24,000 nt of DNA, from the NCBI RefSeq assembly GCF_030053895.1, contig NZ_CP125781.1, positions 3,924,458-3,948,457 of the forward strand, given 5' to 3'. Position numbers and translations under genes: made by a program. This DNA comes from Trabulsiella odontotermitis (GTDB lineage Bacteria > Pseudomonadota > Gammaproteobacteria > Enterobacterales > Enterobacteriaceae). This document shows, one piece after another, positions 17,954 through 24,000 of this stretch (positions are counted from its first letter, which is position 1; every line of letters starts with the position of its first letter). Under the pieces are notes generated by a model, which saw only the letters and a list, made by a program, of their open reading frames with translations, was not told the origin of the DNA and did not search any database.

Positions 17954-18967
17954 TCAGAAATCGTAGTTATTGATGTTCTCTTTGGTGAACACCACCCGCT
18001 CCGGCAGCAGCACAATGCCGTTGCCTTTCGCTTCATACTGATAACCCTGTACGCTGTTTGGCTCGACTTTCAGCATGCCGATATCTTTCACCTCAACGCT
18101 GTCGCCAGGGTTAAGATCGCCCTTTTTCAGCAGATGATCGGCGACGTTAACCGCAATTTTGCCTTGCTGTACCACGTCCCACAGGCCGAAGGCTTTCACC
18201 GTACCGCGCTCAACATACGGACGCATGACATTCGGGGTACTGAAACCGACAATCGCCACCCCTTCACGCTTCAGGTTTTCTGCCGCCTGCGCGGCAGCGG
18301 GCAGCGCGTTAGCATCCGGGGCGATGATGGCGTCCAGATCCGGATACGCTTTCAGGATCCCTTCAGCGGTCTGCAACGATTTCGTGGCGTCGTTATAGCC
18401 AAACTGCGTTGCTACGACCTGCCACTGCGGATGATCTTTGGCGATTTTGGCTTTCGCCTCTTTCACCCACTGGTTCTGGTCAGTCACGGTCGGGCTTGAG
18501 TAGAAAAACGCCACTTTGGCATCCGGTTTGGTGACCTGTTTTGAGGCCATATCGACCAGCAAGCCGCCCAGCTGTTCCGGGGTGCCCTGGTTGATGTAAA
18601 TGCTGCGGCATTCCGGTTTGGTGTCTGAGTCCCAGGTCAGCACTTTCACCCCACGCTGCATGGCACGTTTGAGCGCCGGGCAGAGACCATCAGGCGACAC
18701 GGCGGAGACGATAATCGCGTTGTAGCCCTGGTTGACGAAGTTGTTGATTAGCTGCACCTGACCGGACACGCTCGGTTCGGTCGGTCCGTCGTAGGTCACG
18801 TCAGCGCCCAACGCTTTACCCGCCTCTTTCGCGCCGTTGCCGCCGCTGGTAAAGAACCCTACGCCCACCAGCTTCGGAATAAAGGCGATACGATCTGCGG
18901 CCTGAGCGGTTGCCACGCTCATGGCCAGCGCCAGCGCACTCAGTTGCACCATCAGTTTTGCTTTCAT
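17954..18967 (-). CDS. lsrB: Periplasmic AI-2 binding protein of the Lsr ABC transporter
   Basis: The chosen ATG at 18967 has GGAG 6 nt upstream; the track start at 18979 is TTG inside lsrD. It has a signal peptide [46 protein letters not shown]... and long identity to remembered LsrB ([43 protein letters not shown]). Confidence 0.92.
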   Translation of the reverse strand: MKAKLMVQLSALALAMSVATAQAADRIAFIPKLVGVGFFTSGGNGAKEAGKALGADVTYDGPTEPSVSGQVQLINNFVNQGYNAIIVSAVSPDGLCPALKRAMQRGVKVLTWDSDTKPECRSIYINQGTPEQLGGLLVDMASKQVTKPDAKVAFFYSSPTVTDQNQWVKEAKAKIAKDHPQWQVVATQFGYNDATKSLQTAEGILKAYPDLDAIIAPDANALPAAAQAAENLKREGVAIVGFSTPNVMRPYVERGTVKAFGLWDVVQQGKIAVNVADHLLKKGDLNPGDSVEVKDIGMLKVEPNSVQGYQYEAKGNGIVLLPERVVFTKENINNYDF

Positions 18968-18968
18968 C

Positions 18969-19961
18969 TCATGCTCCAATTGTTATTCGCGAGAGAACCC
19001 GACGCCATGCCGTACGCACCCATTCACGGTGCAGACTCAGCGAGCGTCCCATCACCACCACCACCAACAGCGCACCTGACAACGCGCTCGACACCTGGTT
19101 GGGGATGCCGACCATTTGTAAACCCTGTTGCAGATACCCCACCAGCAACGCCGCCAGCGCAGTACCCAGCACCGAACCTGAACCACCGTAGATATTGGCC
19201 CCGCCCAACACAGCGGCTGTCAGCGCGGGCATCAGCAGGTCACGACCGAGATCCGAACGCGCCGAGCCGAAATAAGAGACCATCACCAGCGCGGCAATCG
19301 CCGACGCCACCCCCACCATGCCGTACAGCGCGTAGGGCATGCCGTTCACAGACAGCGCGGCATAGCGCGCCGCCCGCGGGTTCTGGCCGATGAGAAACAG
19401 GTGGCGGCCAAAACGACCGCGGTGGGTGATCACCCAGAAAAAGAGGGTGATCAGCGCGAACATCACCAGCGGTACCGGCAGCCCCAGCACGGTCAGGTTG
19501 GCGAACGCGGTGAAGCTGTCCGGGAAACCGCCAATGCCTTCATACCCGGTCGCGCCGGCCATGCCGGAAAGCAGCAACGCGCCGCCGCCGTAGAGATAAA
19601 GTGTGCCGAGGGTGATCACCAGCGGGTTGATGCCGGTGTAGTGGATCAGCGCCGCGTTAAACAAGCCGCACGCCAGCCCCAGCAGCAGTGTCAGCGGTAT
19701 GGCGAGACTCATCGGCAGCCCCGACTGCATCATTACACCCAGTGCAATGGCGCACAGGCCAATTGTCGAGCCAAGCGAAATGTCGATCCCGCCGCTGATG
19801 ATCACCAGGGTCAGCGGCAGCGCGACAATGCCGATGCAGATGAAATCGCTGGTGCTGAACAGCAGCATATTGATGTCGAGCATGCGTGGGTTGATGGCGC
19901 CGAACAACAGGATCTCCAGCACCAGCAGGATCAGTAGCGCGCTTTCCCAGTTAAGCTTCAT
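18969..19961 (-). CDS. lsrD: Lsr ABC transporter permease
   Basis: 330 aa, the same length as remembered E. coli LsrD. It is polytopic, with [42 protein letters not shown]. The start abuts the lsrC stop (TAAATG). Confidence 0.92.
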   Translation of the reverse strand: MKLNWESALLILLVLEILLFGAINPRMLDINMLLFSTSDFICIGIVALPLTLVIISGGIDISLGSTIGLCAIALGVMMQSGLPMSLAIPLTLLLGLACGLFNAALIHYTGINPLVITLGTLYLYGGGALLLSGMAGATGYEGIGGFPDSFTAFANLTVLGLPVPLVMFALITLFFWVITHRGRFGRHLFLIGQNPRAARYAALSVNGMPYALYGMVGVASAIAALVMVSYFGSARSDLGRDLLMPALTAAVLGGANIYGGSGSVLGTALAALLVGYLQQGLQMVGIPNQVSSALSGALLVVVVMGRSLSLHREWVRTAWRRVLSRITIGA

Positions 19962-20996
19962 TTACGCCACCTCTCTGTTTTTACGCTTTGGAAAGGGGGA
20001 AACCTTTTTCCCGCCTTTGTTGCCCGGCTGAAAACGGCTGTATTTCAGCGCCCGCTGATGTCGCGTCAGTGCCTGACGTAAACGGCCATCGAGCACCAGC
20101 ACGCCCAGCAGCACCAGTCCGGCGATGAAATCGTTCCACCAGGCCGGTAAGCGGAACAGCACCAGCACGGTGTCGATTTGCGTCAGGAAGAACGCGCCGA
20201 GAAACGCACCAATCAGCGTACCGGTGCCGCCGAGCAGGGAAATCCCGCCGAGCACGCAGGCGGCGATGGCTTTCATCTCCAGCCCGCTGCCGGTCTGGTT
20301 GGGGACGAAACCGATTTGTGCGGCGAAGACGATCCCGGCGCAGGCCGCCAGCATACCGTTGAAGGTAAAGGCAAGCATGCGCGTACGGTTGACCGCCACA
20401 CCGAGCTGGCGGGCAGCGGCGAGGTTATCGCCAACAGCATAAAAATCACGGCCAGAGGCGGTGCGCGACAGTACCCACGCGCCAATCGCCAGCAGGCACA
20501 GCACCAGGTAGCCGAGCGGGGAAATCCCCAGCGCCACCGGCTCCGACAGTGATTTCAGGCTGGCCGGTAACCCTTCAATCCATTTGCCGCCAGTCCACAG
20601 CAACATGGCGCCGCGATACAAACCCAGCGTGCCGAGGGTGGCGACAATCGCAGGCACCCGCAATCCGACCACCAGCAGACCGTTAAACGCCCCCGCTACC
20701 GCGCCAATCGCCAGAGCAAAGCCCATCGCCAGTGGCAGGCTGTAACCACTGTTCAGCGCTACCCCGACGGCAATCGCGCACAGGCCGACGGTGGAGCCGA
20801 CCGACACGTCGATATTGCGCGTCAGCATCACCATCGTGGCGCCCAGCGCCAGCAGCACCAGGATTTGGCTGCTGGCGAAAATCATGCCCAACGTCTGCAA
20901 ACTGAAGTACGCCGGGTTCAGCGCCACCAGCACGGCGAACAGCGCCAGAATGGCGAGAAATGCGCTCAGTTCGCGGTTTTTAAACAACGTTTTCAT
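19962..20996 (-). CDS. lsrC: Lsr ABC transporter permease
   Basis: 344 aa, polytopic, with [12 protein letters not shown]...[31 protein letters not shown] as in remembered LsrC. Its ATG overlaps the lsrA stop (ATGA). Confidence 0.92.
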   Translation of the reverse strand: MKTLFKNRELSAFLAILALFAVLVALNPAYFSLQTLGMIFASSQILVLLALGATMVMLTRNIDVSVGSTVGLCAIAVGVALNSGYSLPLAMGFALAIGAVAGAFNGLLVVGLRVPAIVATLGTLGLYRGAMLLWTGGKWIEGLPASLKSLSEPVALGISPLGYLVLCLLAIGAWVLSRTASGRDFYAVGDNLAAARQLGVAVNRTRMLAFTFNGMLAACAGIVFAAQIGFVPNQTGSGLEMKAIAACVLGGISLLGGTGTLIGAFLGAFFLTQIDTVLVLFRLPAWWNDFIAGLVLLGVLVLDGRLRQALTRHQRALKYSRFQPGNKGGKKVSPFPKRKNREVA

Positions 20997-22480
20997 GCGT
21001 GACCTCCAAACGCGAGCGCCATCATGCGATCGACGCTGATCGCCTGCTGCGACAGTTCGCCGTTCAGCACGCCCTGATGCATCACCAGTACCCGATCCGC
21101 CAGCCCCGGGAACTCATCCAGATCCGAGGAAATCATCAGCACAGCGACATTTTGCGCCGCCACGCTTTTCAGCAACTGGTAGATATCGGCGCGGGCGGAG
21201 ACGTCCACGCCGCGCGTTGGTTCATCAACAATCAGCAGCAACGGGTTCGCCTCCAGACAGCGCGCCAGCAGCACTTTTTGCTGATTGCCGCCGGAGAGCG
21301 TCCGTAGCGGTTGTTCGGTGCTGTTGAGCTTGATCCCCAGCGCCCGGTGATAACGTTCCACCACCGCCGATTCGCGCTGGCGCTGCTGCCAGACGGAGGG
21401 TTCGTTCAGCGCCACGGTGTTCCAGCGGACCGGCGCATCAAGAAACAGCCCGGAGACCTGGCGGTCTTCGGGAAGATAAATCAGACCGCGCGCCAGACGC
21501 GCCGCCGTGGATTCGCGGTTGATCTCCTGATTTTCCAACCAGATCCGCCCCGCCCGCACCGGACGCAGTCCGTAGAGCGTTTCGGCAAACTCGGTACGGC
21601 CGGAGCCAACCAGCCCGGCAAGACCGACGATCTCCCCGGCGTACACCTCGAGATTGAGATCGATAAACCCTTCGCCGGTCAGATCTTCCACCCGCAATAC
21701 CGGAAAATCCTGCGCCTGCGTGCGACGGTTGCCGGGCAACGACAGCCACAGTTTTTGCGTGTCGCTGAGCGCATGCTCACGGCTGGCCGGGGTCATGGCG
21801 GCGATCAGCGCATTATTGTCGAATTGCGCCGTCTCGCCGCTCAGCACCACCGCTCCATCGCGCATCACCGAAACGTGGCTGGCGAGCAGGCGGATTTCCG
21901 GCAACTTGTGGGAGATAAATACAATACCCACGCCCAGCCCCTGCAATGCGCGGATCTGGCTGAACAAGCGATCCGTTTCCCCTGGTGTCAGCGACGCGGT
22001 AGGCTCGTCAAGGATCAGGATCTGCGCCTCACGCATCAGTCCGCGGAGGATCTCAACCATCTGCTGATCAGCCACCTCAAGCGTGCTGGCCGCAGCCTGC
22101 AGATTGAGCTGGCAGTTAAGCTGTTGCAGCTTTTCAGCGAGCAACGTGTCGGTGTTGGCGGTACGGGGCAGACGGAAGAGAATATTTTCCCGCACGGTCA
22201 GATTGGGAAAGAGCATCGGCTCCTGCGGCACCAGATAGATCCCCAACTGGTGCGCCTGACCGGGTTTCAGGCGGGAAAAAGCTTTGCCATTAATGCTGAG
22301 CTCACCGCTGTCTGGTGTTTCGACACCGGCGATGATCTTCATCAGTGTTGATTTCCCGGCGCCGTTGCCGCCCATCAGCGCATGCACCTGTCCAGAAAGC
22401 AATGTGAAATCAATGCCCTTCAGGACCGGCACACCTGAAAACGCCTTTCGGATAGCTTTCGCTTCTATCAGTGGGGTCAT
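20993..22480 (-). CDS. lsrA: Lsr ABC transporter ATP-binding protein (duplicated ABC domains)
   Basis: Walker [10 protein letters not shown], Walker [12 protein letters not shown] and [12 protein letters not shown], and signature LSGGNQQK are visible. The track start at 22528 is TTG and runs through the LsrR box. I prefer the tandem ATGs at 22483/22480, with GGAG at 22489-22486 giving 5-nt spacing to 22480. The start is uncertain by 1 codon. Confidence 0.9.
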   Translation of the reverse strand: MTPLIEAKAIRKAFSGVPVLKGIDFTLLSGQVHALMGGNGAGKSTLMKIIAGVETPDSGELSINGKAFSRLKPGQAHQLGIYLVPQEPMLFPNLTVRENILFRLPRTANTDTLLAEKLQQLNCQLNLQAAASTLEVADQQMVEILRGLMREAQILILDEPTASLTPGETDRLFSQIRALQGLGVGIVFISHKLPEIRLLASHVSVMRDGAVVLSGETAQFDNNALIAAMTPASREHALSDTQKLWLSLPGNRRTQAQDFPVLRVEDLTGEGFIDLNLEVYAGEIVGLAGLVGSGRTEFAETLYGLRPVRAGRIWLENQEINRESTAARLARGLIYLPEDRQVSGLFLDAPVRWNTVALNEPSVWQQRQRESAVVERYHRALGIKLNSTEQPLRTLSGGNQQKVLLARCLEANPLLLIVDEPTRGVDVSARADIYQLLKSVAAQNVAVLMISSDLDEFPGLADRVLVMHQGVLNGELSQQAISVDRMMALAFGGHA

Positions 22481-22494
22481 CATCGCTCCGCATT

Positions 22495-22527
22495 TGAACA
22501 AATGATTTTTTAATTTAATAATGTTCA
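22495..22527. promoter_or_regulatory. Candidate LsrR operator (lsrA-proximal box)
   Basis: TGAACA-N21-TGTTCA, extendable to TTTGAACA...TGTTCAAA, with an AT-rich spacer AATGATTTTTTAATTTAATAA. It ends 5 nt from the lsrA Shine-Dalgarno sequence and has the same architecture as the box at 22662-22694. The LsrR assignment comes from position and my recollection that E. coli LsrR boxes carry TGAACA/TGTTCA-type repeats. Confidence 0.55.
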
Positions 22528-22661
22528 AAATCGTAGTCGGGGATCTATAATTATTATCGTGCGGCGATCACACTTTTAGCCATTAGCTTCTCAGGAATGG
22601 TTAACTTCTCGCCAAAAGTTCACTTTTGCCACGCGCTTCACACTTTCTGCGCGCACAATGA

Positions 22662-22694
22662 TGAACATATGATCTAAATTTTTATAAGAGTTCA
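22662..22694. promoter_or_regulatory. Candidate LsrR operator (lsrR-proximal box)
   Basis: TGAACA-N21-AGTTCA with spacer TATGATCTAAATTTTTATAAG. The 21-nt spacing is the same as in box 1, and both spacers have ATGAT at spacer nt 2-6. The box overlaps a -10-like TATGAT (22668-22673) and the lsrR ribosome-binding region (AAGAG 22686-22690, ATG 22698). Confidence 0.5.
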
Positions 22695-22697
22695 GTT

Positions 22698-23669
22698 ATG
22701 AGCGAAAAAAGAGCAATGGATGAGGGACGTTTCGCTGGTCTGGCGCTGGCCGAAGAAGAGCTGGTGGCGCGAGTGGCGTGGTGTTACTACCACGATGGCT
22801 TAACGCAGAATGACATCGGTGAACGTCTCGGACTGCCGCGACTGAAAATCTCGCGCCTGCTGGAAAAAGGCCGCCAGTCCGGGGTGATCCGCGTACAGAT
22901 CAACTCCCGCTATGAGGGTTGTCTGTCGCTGGAAACCGAACTTCAACAACGGTTTGGCCTGAAGATCACGCGCGTTCTTCCGGCGCTGAACACACCGGCA
23001 ATGAACGTGCGTCTGGGCATTGGCGCCGCACAATCGCTGATGGGCGTCCTGCAACCGGACCAGTTGCTCGCCGTCGGCTTTGGCGAAGCGACCATGAGCT
23101 GCCTGCAACATTTGAGTGGGTTTATCGGCTCGCAACAGGTGCGCCTGGTGACGCTCTCCGGGGGTGTTGGTCCGTATATGACTGGCATCGGCCAGCTCGA
23201 CGCAGCCTGTAACGTCAGCATGATCCCCGCCCCGCTGCGCGTGTCATCAGCAGAGGTGGCGAACATCCTCAAGCACGAATCGAGCGTTCAGGATGTGATC
23301 CTCGCCGCCACCGCCGCGGACGTTGCCGTCGTCGGCATCGGTTCGGTGAATCAGCGTCGTGACGCCACTATTTTGCGCTCCGGGTATATCAGCGAAGGCG
23401 AACAACTGATGTATGCCCGCAAAGGCGCGGTGGGCGACATCCTCGGTTATTTCATTAATGCCGAAGGGGAAAAGGTGGAAGAGCTGGAGATCCACCGTGA
23501 ATTACTGGGCGTGACCCTCGATGAGCTGGCGCAGTTACCCACTATCCTGGGCGTCGCCGGAGGCGAAGAAAAAGCAGAAGCGATTTATGCCGCACTGAAG
23601 GGTCGCCGTATTAATGGCCTGGTGACGGAAGAGATGACAGCCCGCGCGGTACTGGCTCTGGCGCAATAG
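22698..23669 (+). CDS. lsrR: AI-2-phosphate-responsive transcriptional repressor, SorC/DeoR-like
   Basis: 323 aa with the HTH region [49 protein letters not shown] and the sugar-phosphate-binding domain ...[31 protein letters not shown]...[10 protein letters not shown].... It is colinear with remembered E. coli LsrR and divergent from lsrA. Confidence 0.92.
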   Translation: MSEKRAMDEGRFAGLALAEEELVARVAWCYYHDGLTQNDIGERLGLPRLKISRLLEKGRQSGVIRVQINSRYEGCLSLETELQQRFGLKITRVLPALNTPAMNVRLGIGAAQSLMGVLQPDQLLAVGFGEATMSCLQHLSGFIGSQQVRLVTLSGGVGPYMTGIGQLDAACNVSMIPAPLRVSSAEVANILKHESSVQDVILAATAADVAVVGIGSVNQRRDATILRSGYISEGEQLMYARKGAVGDILGYFINAEGEKVEELEIHRELLGVTLDELAQLPTILGVAGGEEKAEAIYAALKGRRINGLVTEEMTARAVLALAQ

Positions 23670-23704
23670 CTGCGCCGCCGCGCAAACATAGCGAGGCGTT
23701 GGTC

Positions 23705-24000
23705 ATGAGTTACCTTTTAGCGTTAGATGCAGGGACAGGCAGCATTCGTGCCGTGATCTTCGACCTGAACGGTCGGCAGATTGCCGTTGGACAGGCCGAG
23801 TGGAAGCACCTGAGCGTGGAGAATGTCCCCGGCTCGATGGAGTTCGATCTTGATACCAACTGGCAGTTGGCCTGTCAGTGCGTTCGCCAGGCGCTGGAGC
23901 GCGCCGGGCTGACGGCGGCAGATATTCAGTCCGTCGCCTGCTGCTCGATGCGTGAAGGGATTGTGCTCTATGATCGTAACGGAGACGCCATCTGGGCCTG
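23705..24000 (+). CDS. lsrK: AI-2 kinase (FGGY carbohydrate kinase family), 5' part; continues beyond the window
   Basis: This ORF is absent from the track because it is open at the right edge. The ATG at 23705 has GAGG 9 nt upstream. It translates to [64 protein letters not shown]...[19 protein letters not shown], which shows the FGGY N-terminal motif and matches remembered LsrK. Confidence 0.88.
   Translation, partial: MSYLLALDAGTGSIRAVIFDLNGRQIAVGQAEWKHLSVENVPGSMEFDLDTNWQLACQCVRQALERAGLTAADIQSVACCSMREGIVLYDRNGDAIWA

Noticed and set aside
21311-22351. 346-aa + strand ORF antisense to lsrA
   Set aside because: lsrA on the - strand shows Walker A/B and ABC signature motifs. The antisense product is Arg/Gln/Gly-rich with no motifs, so it is a shadow ORF.
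22481-22528. TTG-initiated 16-codon extension of lsrA ([16 protein letters not shown]...)
   Set aside because: The extension translates the AT-rich LsrR box, starts with a rare TTG and has no RBS. GGAG plus the tandem ATGs at 22483/22480 gives a much better start.
22557-22572. Possible CRP site using TCACA at 22568-22572
   Set aside because: The required left half, 6 nt away, reads TCGTG and matches TGTGA at only 1 of 5 positions, so this is only a half-site. Likewise CGTGA-N6-TAAAG at 8256-8271 upstream of ebgA has a poor right half.

Overview
This looks like an enterobacterial chromosome, possibly Klebsiella/Enterobacter-like. That guess rests on GC-rich third codon positions and REP units of the form GCCCGGTGGCGC...CTTACCGGGCCTAC, recognised from memory. 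The window holds three well-known accessory modules packed back to back. (1) 1-7013, + strand: the distal part of the 4-hydroxyphenylacetate/homoprotocatechuate meta-cleavage cluster, hpaG (3' end)-hpaE-D-F-H-I, then hpaX (transporter) and hpaA (AraC regulator). (2) 7174-16721, + strand: ebgR, ebgA, ebgC, ygjI, ygjJ, ygjK (LacI repressor, two-subunit GH2 beta-galactosidase, APC-type permease, signal-peptide beta-barrel-like protein, periplasmic GH63 glucosidase). (3) 16762-24000: the complete AI-2 quorum-sensing uptake/processing locus, with lsrACDBFG on the - strand divergent from lsrR and lsrK (5' part only) on the + strand. All coding calls rest on reading the translated ORFs and recognising family motifs and remembered E. 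coli orthologues; no searches were run. I found no tRNA, rRNA, CRISPR, IS, integrase or phage genes. I do not see a convincing wholly new system. The least understood part is the ebgAC-ygjIJK block, whose natural substrate is unknown. Points worth a second look: the hpa cluster ends at hpaA without hpaBC. A 10-mer, TTTACTAAAA, recurs only in the two ebg control regions, once within a perfect 21-bp inverted repeat. YgjK appears to have a 36-aa indel next to its catalytic motif. The lsr control region has two TGAACA-N21-(T/A)GTTCA boxes plus an extra palindrome. The many long antisense ORFs in the track are treated as GC-driven shadow ORFs.
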